A stretch of DNA of 64,000 bases from a virus: IMG/VR virus record IMGVR_UViG_2693429897_000002; one strand, given 5' to 3'. Below the pieces are notes generated by a model. The model was not told the DNA's origin, made no database searches, and worked only from the letters and a program-made list of their open reading frames with translations. Shown here one piece after another: positions 34,975-44,427 of this stretch. Within the stretch, counting starts at the first letter, position 1, and every line of letters starts with the position of its first letter. The position numbers were made by a program, and so were the translations under genes.

Positions 34975-35373
34975 CTACGAGTGTTCGCGGTCGAGCTCGA
35001 AGGCTACACCTTGGTTTAACCACTCCACAGGGAACGGCTCCAGCACCCGCGCCAGTGTCAACTCGGGCCCCTGCCTTCCGTCCAGGATCGCATCAACGAT
35101 GTCTGGAGCCAGCAGTGTCAGGCGCAGGACGCGTGCCATGTAGGTGAAGGCAATGCCCTCGCGCTCGGCCAGTTCGGAAATAGACGCGAACTCGCCCGAT
35201 TCCAGCATGCGCTTCCAGCGGAAGGCGCGGGCGAGCGCCTTGATGAGGGTGTTGTCGGTTCGGCGCTGAACCGGCGCGCCGTCGGGAAGCTGCACCTCCT
35301 TGCGACCGCCGCGCTTCACAACGCAGAACGGGACGTGGATCGTGACGAAGTCGGGGGTGGCGGTCGGTTTCAT
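34975..35373 (-). CDS. Conserved HTH-type protein downstream of the large serine recombinase
   Basis: Paralog of 5535-5921. Confidence 0.8.
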   Translation of the reverse strand: MKPTATPDFVTIHVPFCVVKRGGRKEVQLPDGAPVQRRTDNTLIKALARAFRWKRMLESGEFASISELAEREGIAFTYMARVLRLTLLAPDIVDAILDGRQGPELTLARVLEPFPVEWLNQGVAFELDREHS

Positions 35374-36677
35374 GCGACTTGTTCCCTATTGCCCGCCATC
35401 ATCTCACGCGCGAGCCCGTGGAGCCCGTCCACCCGCAACCGGATGTCGAGCCCCTCGGTGCCGATATCGATATGTTCCACCAGTAGGGCCACGATGCGGG
35501 CCTGCTCGGCGGGGAAGAGTTCGTCCCACAGCGGGTCAAGCTGCTGCAGCGCGGTGCGGGCGTCGACTTCGGTGATGTCGTCGGCGTGAGCGCGTGCCGC
35601 CTTCCATGTCCCTACAACGACCTCGGGCTGGCGGAACACGGCGCGGAGTTGGTCAATGACGGCGGCTTCGATCTCACCCGCCGGAATGCGGCCGATGGGG
35701 CAAGACCCGGCGCCATGCTTCAATACCGTCTGGCTGACGTAGTAGCGGTAGAGCTTGCCGCCCTTGCGGGTGTGGCTCGGCGAGAACGCCGCGCCATCCG
35801 GCCCGAAGATTAGCCCCTTCAGCAGCGCCGGCGTCTCGGCGCGGGTGCGCGCGGCGCGCTTGCGGGCGCTTTCCTGCAAAATGGCGTGGACGCGGTCCCA
35901 CGTTTCGCGGTCGATGATGGCGTCGTGCTCGCCGGGATAGCTCTGCCCCTTGTGCACCGCCTCGCCTATGTAGGCGCGGTTGTTCAGCATCCGGTACAGG
36001 TATTTCTTGTCGATCCGGTTGCCGCGCGGGGTTCGGATGCCGCGCTTCGCGACCTCGCGCGCCAGTTCCGTGCCCGAGCCGATCTCGAGGAAGCGCGCGA
36101 AGATCCAGCGGACATGCTCGCCACGCTCATCGTCGACGACCAGCTTCCGATTCTCGACGCGGTATCCGTAGGGCGGCACGCCGCCCATCCACATCCCCTT
36201 CTTCCGACTGGCGGCGACCTTGTCGCGGATGCGCTCGGCGGTGACCTCGCGCTCGAACTGGGCGAAGCTGAGCAGGATGTTCAGCGTCAGCCGGCCCATT
36301 GAGGTGGTGGTGTTGAAGGACTGCGTCACAGAGACGAAGGTCACGCCGTTGCGGTCGAACACCTCGACCAGCTTGGCGAAGTCCGCGAGCGACCGGCTGA
36401 GCCGGTCGATCTTATAGACCACGACGACGTCGACCAGCCCGTCCTCGATATCGGCGATGAGCCGATGCAGGCCGGGCCGGTCCAGCGTCCCGCCGGAGAT
36501 GCCGCCGTCATCGTAGCGGTCGCGCACGAGCACCCAGCCTTCGGAGCGCTGGCTGGCGATATAGGCCTCGCAGGCCTCCCTCTGCGCATCAAGCGAGTTG
36601 AACTCCTGCTCCAGCCCTTCTTCCGAGGATTTCCGGGTGTAGACGGCGCAGCGGCGCTTGATCTTCACCTCCGTCAT
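35370..36677 (-). CDS. Large serine recombinase (prophage integrase), 435 aa
   Basis: CAVYTRKSSEEG, KIDRLSRS and FAQFERE; start MTEVKIK at 36677; close paralog of 5918-7243. Confidence 0.93.
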   Translation of the reverse strand: MTEVKIKRRCAVYTRKSSEEGLEQEFNSLDAQREACEAYIASQRSEGWVLVRDRYDDGGISGGTLDRPGLHRLIADIEDGLVDVVVVYKIDRLSRSLADFAKLVEVFDRNGVTFVSVTQSFNTTTSMGRLTLNILLSFAQFEREVTAERIRDKVAASRKKGMWMGGVPPYGYRVENRKLVVDDERGEHVRWIFARFLEIGSGTELAREVAKRGIRTPRGNRIDKKYLYRMLNNRAYIGEAVHKGQSYPGEHDAIIDRETWDRVHAILQESARKRAARTRAETPALLKGLIFGPDGAAFSPSHTRKGGKLYRYYVSQTVLKHGAGSCPIGRIPAGEIEAAVIDQLRAVFRQPEVVVGTWKAARAHADDITEVDARTALQQLDPLWDELFPAEQARIVALLVEHIDIGTEGLDIRLRVDGLHGLAREMMAGNREQVA

Positions 36678-37123
36678 GACCGCCTCCGCGATTTCAACCC
36701 GAAGAACACCCAGCCATTCCAGCGCGTGCCGGTGATGGCGCGCGCGATCGCCGAGAGCGACTTGTAGGGCCGCCCCTGCCATTCGAAGCCGTCCGTGGTG
36801 ACGGTGACGACATGCTCGAAGCCCTGCCATTCGCGGATCAGCCGCGTACCGGCGATGGGCATGGCGTCCGCCCGGACGCGGCTCTTCTTGCGGTCGCCGC
36901 CGTCAAGTTCTTCACCCAGTCGTTCCAGGCGGTTCACCGTCTCCGGTTTCAACCCGCCATAGGCGAGTTCCTGGATGCGATAAGCCAGACGGCTTTCCAG
37001 GTAACGCCGGTTGAAGGGCGGCGGCTCGCTATCGAACAGATCGCGCCACTGGGCCTTCAGTTCCGGGGTCTTCATGGTCTTCAGCGCGGCCAGGCGCGCA
37101 GGGATGGGATCGTGGGTCGTCAT
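36674..37123 (-). CDS. DUF2924-family protein
   Basis: Paralog of 7240-7686. Confidence 0.88.
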   Translation of the reverse strand: MTTHDPIPARLAALKTMKTPELKAQWRDLFDSEPPPFNRRYLESRLAYRIQELAYGGLKPETVNRLERLGEELDGGDRKKSRVRADAMPIAGTRLIREWQGFEHVVTVTTDGFEWQGRPYKSLSAIARAITGTRWNGWVFFGLKSRRRS

Positions 37124-37323
37124 GCGGTCCTCCGTTCGGTTGGACCTGCACTACCGCTCTGGTCGAGTGAGTTGTGTAGCGGAAATTCTCCCTTCTTCGC
37201 AGAGAGTTGCCCGTTCTCCCGCATCCGCAGCCGGACCAGCCCTGCCGCCAGCAAGCGGCAAAGTTCCGCGCGGCGCTCGGCCGGGCTCAGCATGTCGGGC
37301 GGCAGGGGATTGGGGCGTTTCAT
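37120..37323 (-). CDS. Small conserved protein upstream of DUF2924 (67 aa)
   Basis: MKRPNPLPPDMLSPAERRAELCRLLAAGLVRLRMR; 4-nt overlaps on both sides. Confidence 0.7.
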   Translation of the reverse strand: MKRPNPLPPDMLSPAERRAELCRLLAAGLVRLRMRENGQLSAKKGEFPLHNSLDQSGSAGPTERRTA

Positions 37324-39002
37324 GCGGCGGCGCGGTCCAAGTCGCGGAGCACCGCTGCGCGGATCGCGGCGCGGTTCCAGCGGAAGTTCAGATGGCAATT
37401 GGCGGCGTATTTCGACAGCCCGAAATCCAATCCGCTGGTTTCGAAGCCCGCCCGTTGCAGCAGTTCGATCTGCCGCATGGTGGCGGGATCGTTGAGCCAG
37501 CGCTTGCTCTTGGCGGCCGCGCTGGAGGTCTCGGTCATGCGCAGAAAATCGTCGGCCGCGGCCAGTGCCTGCACCCGTGTGCCGACCGCAAGGGGGCGGA
37601 TCGCCTGGCCCCTGGGTCGGCCGAGCGCATGCCACAGCGTGCCATCATGGAACACGCCGGCCCAGCCCTGGAAACCGCTGGCCATCAGAGCCTGGCCGTC
37701 GCCATGAAGGTCACACCAGAAGAACGGAGAGCGATCCAGAAGATCGATCTCGGTCATCTCGAAGGCGGTCAGCAGACGTTTCTCGCCGATCTCTCGGGTG
37801 AAGACGTGACCGCAGAGATCGCAGATGGAGGCGCCGAGGGGCAGCTCGGCCCCGCAGGACGGGCAGGTCTTCCACGGGCGCTCGCCGGGCAGGGTCTCGT
37901 CCTCGTCGAGGTCGATCTCCTGCTCGAGCGTGCCGTGGCGGAGCGCCGCGCCCGCAAAATCCAGCACGATGCAGTCGGTCTTGACGATGCCGGGGAAGCG
38001 CTCGGGGTCGACCCGGCGCAGACCGCGTCCGACCGCCTGAATGAAGGTGCCCTTGTGCAGCATGGGGCGCAGGATGCCGATGCAGCCCACGGGCTGGCTG
38101 TCGAAGCCTTCCGTCAGCACCATGCAGTTGGTGAGCACCTGAACCTCGCCCCGGTCGAAGCGGGCGATGAGGTCCGCGCGCGCCCGCGCCGGCATGTCTC
38201 CCGTGATCGCCTCGGCCGAAACGCCGGCGGCCCGAAACGCTTCGGCCACCGCTTCGGCATGGTCCACGGTCGCGCAGAAGAAGATCGTGCGCCGGTCGGC
38301 GGCCTTGTCCGTCCAGTGCTCGACCACGGCCTCGTTGAGCACCGAGCGATTGAGCACCTTGCCGGCCTGGCACATGTCGAAATCGCCGGCGGTGCTGTCG
38401 ATGCCGGACAACTCGTCCTCGATCCCGAGGTCGATGGTGAAGGTCCGGGGCGGGACCAGCAGGCCACGCGCGATGAGCGTGCCGATGCGCAGGTGATAGC
38501 CGACATTGCTGAAGGTCTTGCGCAAGCTGCGGCCATCGCCGCGGCCGGGGGTGGCGGAGAGGCCGAGCAGCTTCAGGCCCGGGTTGGCCTCGCGCGCATG
38601 GGCGAGGATGGCCTGATAGCTCGCGGCGGCCGCGCGGTGGCATTCGTCGATCACCAGATGGCTCAGCTTGGGCATGGAGGCGCGGCGGTGTTCCCGGGCG
38701 AGGGTTTGCACGCTGCCGAAAATCACCGGGCCGTCCCAGCAATCCCGCTCCGCCTTTACCACCGAGGTGCCGAGGCCCGAGATCTGCCCGATTGCCGACC
38801 GGTTCTGCTCGATGAGTTCATCGGTGTGCTGCAGCACGAGCACCCTGGCATCGCGGTCCCGCTCGGCCTGTTCGCCGACATAGAAACCCGCGATGGCCGT
38901 CTTGCCGGCTCCGGTCGGCAGCACGAGCATGGTATTGCCATGTTCGGCCGTGCGGTCATGGGCGGCGTCGACCGCCGCCCGCTGATAGTCGCGAGGGATC
39001 AT
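37320..39002 (-). CDS. SF2 DEAD/DEAH-box helicase
   Basis: LPTGAGKT, IDECH, LSATP, TEGFD and FIQAVGRGLR; start MIPRDYQ at 39002. Confidence 0.93.
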   Translation of the reverse strand: MIPRDYQRAAVDAAHDRTAEHGNTMLVLPTGAGKTAIAGFYVGEQAERDRDARVLVLQHTDELIEQNRSAIGQISGLGTSVVKAERDCWDGPVIFGSVQTLAREHRRASMPKLSHLVIDECHRAAAASYQAILAHAREANPGLKLLGLSATPGRGDGRSLRKTFSNVGYHLRIGTLIARGLLVPPRTFTIDLGIEDELSGIDSTAGDFDMCQAGKVLNRSVLNEAVVEHWTDKAADRRTIFFCATVDHAEAVAEAFRAAGVSAEAITGDMPARARADLIARFDRGEVQVLTNCMVLTEGFDSQPVGCIGILRPMLHKGTFIQAVGRGLRRVDPERFPGIVKTDCIVLDFAGAALRHGTLEQEIDLDEDETLPGERPWKTCPSCGAELPLGASICDLCGHVFTREIGEKRLLTAFEMTEIDLLDRSPFFWCDLHGDGQALMASGFQGWAGVFHDGTLWHALGRPRGQAIRPLAVGTRVQALAAADDFLRMTETSSAAAKSKRWLNDPATMRQIELLQRAGFETSGLDFGLSKYAANCHLNFRWNRAAIRAAVLRDLDRAAA

Positions 39003-39013
39003 GGCGGCCTCCC

Positions 39014-39610
39014 TCAGCGCGCCCAGAAGGGTGCGCCGCTCGCGGAGGGCGCTGCGGGAGCGGACTGCGCCGGGGGCGTCTGCGGCGCGGGCGGCACCGC
39101 CCCCATCACGCTGGCATATTGCGCGTGCTCGGGACCGATCGCCGCCTTGATCACGTTGCGCCCGGCATCGTCGGGGTTGTTGCGGTCCTTTTCGACGCCG
39201 ACCTTGGCCACGAAGTCGAGCCCGTTGAGATCGCCAAGGCTGCGGATCGTCCGGGCCGCGCGTGCCGACTCGGACTGATCGCTGGCCTTGATGCCGCGCG
39301 CCGATTCCAGAATGCCGCGGATCAGGGCCCGGCCGCGGTTGGCATAGGTGTCCTCGCCGCGTTCGTTGACGCTCTTTCCCTTGAAACCGATGCGCGTGTA
39401 GATGCGCCGCCGCGCATGGGGGCCTTCCAGGACCACGGCTTCGGTGTTGAGATAGAGCGCGGAACTGGTGCGGCTCTGGGTGAGCCAGCCCTCGGGGCCG
39501 GCGCCGCCGGGGCGGATGGTCAGCGTCACCTTGACGAGGGTGTTCGCGGGGATGAGGTCGAATGCGGCGTCCTGGGCCTCGGCGCCGTTGAAATCCATGT
39601 TGTCCGCCAT
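39014..39610 (-). CDS. Phage ssDNA-binding-like protein
   Basis: 198-aa ORF between the AAA ATPase and the helicase, with an acidic N-terminus, Pro/Ala-rich tail and terminal PFW; function inferred from position. Confidence 0.6.
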   Translation of the reverse strand: MADNMDFNGAEAQDAAFDLIPANTLVKVTLTIRPGGAGPEGWLTQSRTSSALYLNTEAVVLEGPHARRRIYTRIGFKGKSVNERGEDTYANRGRALIRGILESARGIKASDQSESARAARTIRSLGDLNGLDFVAKVGVEKDRNNPDDAGRNVIKAAIGPEHAQYASVMGAVPPAPQTPPAQSAPAAPSASGAPFWAR

Positions 39611-39613
39611 GGG

Positions 39614-40510
39614 TCAGGCTCCTTTCGTCGTGGGTTTGGTCTGGGCCGGCTGCTGCGGCAGATCGAAGTCGAGATCGGCGCTCGGCTGCGCGCCGGAGCC
39701 CGCGCGGATCTTCGCCATCAGGCGGCCGAGATGGGCCTGCTCGATCATCGAGAGCCGACCGCTGCGGTCCTTCGCCGGAAAGCCGAAATCGTTGATCGTG
39801 GTGCAGACGAAGGCGCGGAACGGCTCGCCTTCCTGGGGGCGGATTTCGGCAAGGGTGATCACCTCGTCGACGATGCCAGGGAGTTCGAGCCCGGTCTTCG
39901 AGCCTTCGATCTGCATCGCGAAATACGGCTTGCCGAAGTCGTCGATCTTCCGGTCGAGCAGGCCCACGAGCCAGATGTTCTTGCGCGGCGTGTGCTGCAG
40001 ATGGGTGAGCCAGCCGATCATTTCCTGGCCCAAGAGCCCGTAGGCGCCCCGCAGGTCGAGCTTGCCGCTGCGGTCCGACTGCGCCTGTGGCTGCCCCTTG
40101 CACCACTGCATGCAGATGCGCGAAGCGACGGAGATCGAGTCGACGAAGACGGTGTCGTACTTGTCGAGCAGGGAGGGATCGCCGAAGGCGGCGCAAACAC
40201 GCTCGTAGTCGCGCTGGCTGTAGGGCTGATCCTCGCGCATGGCCGGGTTGGGGCCGCCGATCCAGCAGGCGAGATCGCGGGCGCGCTCCCAGTCGCGGAC
40301 CCGGATTTCGTCGCCGGGCCAGCCCTGCACGGCGAGTTCGCCGGCCTCGAGATTGACGAACAGGGTGCGCTCTGCATCGAGCGTCCAAAGCTGGCTGGTC
40401 TTGCCGATGCCGGAGATGCCGGTGAGCACCCCCTTGATGCCGCGCGTCTCGCGCAGGCGTTCGTCGGCGGTGATGATCTTCAGCGGGGCGGGTTGGAAGG
40501 GCGCGCTCAT
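39614..40510 (-). CDS. AAA_24 / Sak4-like ATPase
   Basis: GISGIGKT Walker A, NLEAGEL, FVDSIS, PGIVDEV and AKDRSG. Confidence 0.85.
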   Translation of the reverse strand: MSAPFQPAPLKIITADERLRETRGIKGVLTGISGIGKTSQLWTLDAERTLFVNLEAGELAVQGWPGDEIRVRDWERARDLACWIGGPNPAMREDQPYSQRDYERVCAAFGDPSLLDKYDTVFVDSISVASRICMQWCKGQPQAQSDRSGKLDLRGAYGLLGQEMIGWLTHLQHTPRKNIWLVGLLDRKIDDFGKPYFAMQIEGSKTGLELPGIVDEVITLAEIRPQEGEPFRAFVCTTINDFGFPAKDRSGRLSMIEQAHLGRLMAKIRAGSGAQPSADLDFDLPQQPAQTKPTTKGA

Positions 40511-40797
40511 TTGCGCGCCTCCAGATCGCGGACAGCCGCCGCGACGGCGTTGTCGCAGCCTTTCGCACCCTGACGTCGTGCCATGCGCAGCACGTCCTCC
40601 AGCGCCAGGATCGTCTGGCCGAGACTGCGGCGTTCTTCCTCGAGCGCGACGAGGGCAAAGGCGATGTCGTCGACGCTTGCACGGTCCAGAGGGCGCGTGC
40701 GCGCCGGGCGTTCGGCCAGCGACGGGACGGCGATGGTATCGGGAAATGACGCCGACCAGTGCGACTGGCGGAGTTTTTCGAGGGGGGATTTGAACAT
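40507..40797 (-). CDS. Hypothetical phage protein (96 aa)
   Basis: MFKSPLEKLRQSHW...ASVDDIAFAL; coupled to the AAA gene. Confidence 0.65.
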   Translation of the reverse strand: MFKSPLEKLRQSHWSASFPDTIAVPSLAERPARTRPLDRASVDDIAFALVALEEERRSLGQTILALEDVLRMARRQGAKGCDNAVAAAVRDLEARK

Positions 40798-40949
40798 CTG
40801 CTGCTCCTTTTCGTCCTGCCCAGGGGTCGTCGTGATGTGTCGGCTGCCGGGCCCGACGCCGCCCTGGAGCTCGCGGTCGGGGTGTTTCCCTGAGGGTCTT
40901 TCATTCCCCCGAAGGCCCGGCATGAATTGGCTTGAGTGCTTGCCCTCAC

Positions 40950-41555
40950 TTACCGGCGCGGGGCCGCAACTGTCGGGGCCGCCTCGAAATACCCGTCGAG
41001 GCCCATCTCCGTGGCGATCTCGCGGATCCTGCTCAGCCGCTCGTAGATGGTGCTCCGATGCACACCGAGCGCGCGTGCCGCCTCCGAGATGCTGAGCTGG
41101 CTGACGGCCATCGCGACCTGCCGCGTCGCCGGGCAGAGCGCGGCCAGAAGCCTGCCGACATCGCCGCGCAGACCGGGGCCATGGGCGAGCGAAAACGCGT
41201 CGACCGGATCGAGCGCCGCGGCTTCGGGCAGGACGTCGGAGAGGGTCAGCCCCTCGTTGTCGTCGCCGACCGGCGCGTCGATGCAGAGCATGGCCCGTTC
41301 GGCGCGCATCGCGGCGGTCGCGCTCGCAAGCGTGGCCACGCGGTTGGCGACGATGCGATCCGCGAATGTGTCGAAGGAGGATTTCGCCGGATCGAAGTTC
41401 CGTGCGCGCCTGATGAGATCGAGGCGCAGTTCCTGTTCGATGTCCTCGGCATCGAGCCCCGGCACGGCGCCCGAGCGCGCCAGGCGCGCCGCGCGGATGC
41501 GGATATTGCGGGAAATGCGGGTAGTGGGATCGGTAAGCTGTTGAAGCTGCTCCAT
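40950..41555 (-). CDS. Sigma70/ECF-like transcription factor
   Basis: AEDIEQELRLDL...FDPAKSSFDTFADRIV region-2-like segment and SISEAARALGVHRSTIYERL region-4 HTH. Confidence 0.78.
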   Translation of the reverse strand: MEQLQQLTDPTTRISRNIRIRAARLARSGAVPGLDAEDIEQELRLDLIRRARNFDPAKSSFDTFADRIVANRVATLASATAAMRAERAMLCIDAPVGDDNEGLTLSDVLPEAAALDPVDAFSLAHGPGLRGDVGRLLAALCPATRQVAMAVSQLSISEAARALGVHRSTIYERLSRIREIATEMGLDGYFEAAPTVAAPRR

Positions 41556-41605
41556 GGTTTTCGCCTTCGTCCAGGTGGACGGGCACGCGGCCCGAGTACC
41601 CGGCT

Positions 41606-41738
41606 CCGGCGAAATTTCGCTGGGACGGCGGTTGGAGCGGCTTTCTTGCAAGAAAAAACCGCCGGCGAGTCTTGCTCTCCGGCGGTTTCAGGGCGCGATT
41701 TTTTTGAGATTTTTTCAGCGACGCCCGGCGAAATTTCG
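41606..41738. promoter_or_regulatory. Two copies of CCGGCGAAATTTCG containing the palindrome CGAAATTTCG
   Basis: Copies at 41606 and 41725, upstream of the sigma-like gene. Confidence 0.55.
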
Positions 41739-42887
41739 TTGGCGCTGACCCTGGCGGCCTTGTTCGAGATCATCCGCGCTGACGACGAAGCGGGTAACGT
41801 AGTCGCCGCCGTCGGTCGGGATGGGCTCGTCGGAAATCCCGAAGCTGTCGCGCAGCACCTTGGACAGGGCCTGCTTCTGTTTCTGGTGCTTCGAGGTTTC
41901 CGTTGGATTGCCCCTGTGCACCGCAAGCCGGCCGCCACTCAGCGCGAACGCCTTGAGATAGGTCCAAACGGCCTTCGGCTTGCCGTTCTTTGCGTTCTTC
42001 ATGCCGAGTTGATCGGGTTCGAAACGCCGTGTCTCGCCCCGGAAGGTGACGTTCAGAACCTCGTCGGCAATGAAGCGAATGGTGATGTCTTCCCAGCGTG
42101 CATCGGGCGGAAGCGGCCAAGCCAGCCCCTGTGCCGAGCCCCCCGCATCGCGCAGGACGGCGTCACGCAACGCCGCGAAAATCTCGGCTGCGGGACGGGC
42201 GAGCGTGAGCGTTCCGTTTTCCACGATCATGATATCGGCAAGCGCCATGCGCACCACTCCCGCCCGGTCCAGGGCCGTGATCAAGGCATCGGGCAGCGAT
42301 GAGCCTGTTGGGGTGAGAAGCAGCCGTGGACCGGGGGTATCGAGCACTTCGGCGAAAGGGCGAGGTTCGGCGTTGGCCGAAGGGCCCGGCAATGCGAGGA
42401 ACACCGGAAACCCGTGGCCGGCGTAGACATCATGGGTTCCGATGCGGATGACCGGTCCAGGCGTGCCGTGACCCGGCTGATGCGGCAAAACTCCAAGCGC
42501 TCGGGCGATGCGCTTCGCCAGGTTGGTGCGATCCACGCGCAGGATGGCGATGTCGTCTGCATCGAGGTCGAGATCGGCACAGGCCTTGGGCCGGTCGCCG
42601 CAGACCGCTCGGATCGAGCCGTCGGCATGGCGGACGACGTGGCGTGGACAGCCCGCGCCGCCGGGCGAAGGACAGGGCAGCTCCCGCACCCGGCCTGCCT
42701 TGCTCAGCAGTTGTTCGGCACTTGCGAATTCCGCGCCGAGCATCGCCTGCCATTCCCATCGGCTGGCGGCGGCGCCCGAAAAATCGTCAAGCGCTTTCCA
42801 GAACCTCGAAATCCGCATCCTCGCCCGCCTCGCTTGGAATCCGCCAGAAGCCGCGGGCCCGCAGCCAGGCTTCGATGAGATGTTCAT
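41715..42887 (-). CDS. Hypothetical protein with a probable C-terminal winged-helix domain
   Basis: Long ORF with LPCPSPGGAGCPRHV; C-terminal KQKQALSKVLRDSFGISDEPI...DYVTRF; true start may be internal (MRISRFW). Confidence 0.65.
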   Translation of the reverse strand: MNISSKPGCGPAASGGFQARRARMRISRFWKALDDFSGAAASRWEWQAMLGAEFASAEQLLSKAGRVRELPCPSPGGAGCPRHVVRHADGSIRAVCGDRPKACADLDLDADDIAILRVDRTNLAKRIARALGVLPHQPGHGTPGPVIRIGTHDVYAGHGFPVFLALPGPSANAEPRPFAEVLDTPGPRLLLTPTGSSLPDALITALDRAGVVRMALADIMIVENGTLTLARPAAEIFAALRDAVLRDAGGSAQGLAWPLPPDARWEDITIRFIADEVLNVTFRGETRRFEPDQLGMKNAKNGKPKAVWTYLKAFALSGGRLAVHRGNPTETSKHQKQKQALSKVLRDSFGISDEPIPTDGGDYVTRFVVSADDLEQGRQGQRQRNFAGRR

Positions 42888-43986
42888 CCTCCTGCCGTTC
42901 GTAGCGGGCGATGTTGGCGGGGCGGATGGTCACAGAGCGCTCGCGCTTGGAGCCTTCGAAGGCGAAGCGGAAGGTCGCGTGCGTATACTGCCCGCCATTG
43001 AGGCGCTTTTGCCAGTTGTCGCCGAACGCCTTGAACAGATCCTCGGATTTCCGGATCTCCAGTTCCGAAACCTTGCCCGGCCACCGGCGGCCGAATTCCA
43101 CCAGACGCACGCCGGCGATGCCATCGATGTCGTCGTGGACGAGCGCTTCGGGGCCGTGTTCCAGAAGCGGCGCGAGCGTATAGCGCTCCGCCAGGTCGAA
43201 ATAGGCGTCGCTGCCGAACAGCACCTCGCCGAAGGTCTTGAGGTAAAGTTCGCGCTCGCCCTTCGTGGTGGCATTGACGCCCATCTCGTCGGTGGCGCTG
43301 TCATAGATCAGCACGTCGTGCTGCTGCGGGCGATAGAAAGCATGGCTGCCTTCGCCCTCGTCCTCGTGCTTGCCCTCGCGCCGCATCGGGCTGCCGTGCC
43401 GGACGAGGATCCAGACCTTTTCGTCGCGGGGAAAGACGAAGATGCGGCTGTTGCGACCCCGACGCTTCTTTTCGAACCAGTCGTCCATCCGGTCCTGGAT
43501 CGCCTTTGCAACCTCGGGCGAGATGTCCGGCCGGGTCTTTGGGGCACCCTTCTTTCGAGAGCCCGCGAAATACATGAAGTTCGAGCGCTTGAAGGCCACG
43601 GTTTCGGCGTGCTGGCGCTGCAGGAGCATCGGGTTCGCGAGCCAGATCTGGACGGAAACATCGGCCGCGGTCGGCTCGTGCTCGGCATCGATCGCGATCC
43701 CTGCCGCCTCGGCCTGTTCGAGCAATTCCTCCATGCTCTCGTGGCTCGCGGTCTCGTGCACGTAATAGAGCGCATCGACCATCTCGCCGGGGACGTTTTC
43801 GTCGGGGTTCATGAGGATGGCCGCAATGTCCTCGAGCGGCAGCTCGTCGACCGGCGCGGCGGCAAGATCGAGCCCCCGGCCTTCGAAATAGACGTTCCAT
43901 CTGGAGAGGAAGGTCTTCAGGCGTTCCGGGGAAATCTGCTTCAGGCGATCGGGGTTGGTGAAAATTCTTGGATTGAATGAAGGCAT
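42787..43986 (-). CDS. Hypothetical protein (399 aa)
   Basis: Long clean ORF MPSFNPRIFTNPDRL..., overlapping the downstream gene; no motif recognised. Confidence 0.75.
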   Translation of the reverse strand: MPSFNPRIFTNPDRLKQISPERLKTFLSRWNVYFEGRGLDLAAAPVDELPLEDIAAILMNPDENVPGEMVDALYYVHETASHESMEELLEQAEAAGIAIDAEHEPTAADVSVQIWLANPMLLQRQHAETVAFKRSNFMYFAGSRKKGAPKTRPDISPEVAKAIQDRMDDWFEKKRRGRNSRIFVFPRDEKVWILVRHGSPMRREGKHEDEGEGSHAFYRPQQHDVLIYDSATDEMGVNATTKGERELYLKTFGEVLFGSDAYFDLAERYTLAPLLEHGPEALVHDDIDGIAGVRLVEFGRRWPGKVSELEIRKSEDLFKAFGDNWQKRLNGGQYTHATFRFAFEGSKRERSVTIRPANIARYERQEDEHLIEAWLRARGFWRIPSEAGEDADFEVLESA

Positions 43987-44220
43987 CAGAATCGCTCCGT
44001 CCAGACTGCGCGTGAGGCGAAACTAGGCACGCGCGGCGCTCGCCACAAGATTGTGTTCGCGAAAAGTTCCATCTTCCCCATCCGACAGGCTGAAGGCCGC
44101 GCCGGTATGTGAGGAAAGGCAGCTGGAGCTTTTCCCAATGATCGCAGTTCTCGATCGCGCCCGGCGCGGTCCCATCCCGTCATTTCTCACCCGTCTCGCG
44201 CGCATCGCGGGAGGCGTTTC

Positions 44221-44427
44221 ATGATCGATCCGGACGAACGCGAGCGGCAGGCGCTTCAAACCGCCATGAAATTCATGGGCGAGCTGATGGCCGAGATCGG
44301 CTGGGCGACCCGTTTCAATGAACTCTCGGCCGAGCAGGCCCAGGCGCTCGCCGAGGCCGCCATCGACGGCTTCCAGGAGGCCATGGCCGCCTCGGCGCCG
44401 AAGACCGACATGGAGATTCCCTTCTGA
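44221..44427 (+). CDS. Small phage protein (DUF6511-like)
   Basis: MIDPDERERQAL...EIGWATRFNELS...EIPF. Confidence 0.7.
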   Translation: MIDPDERERQALQTAMKFMGELMAEIGWATRFNELSAEQAQALAEAAIDGFQEAMAASAPKTDMEIPF

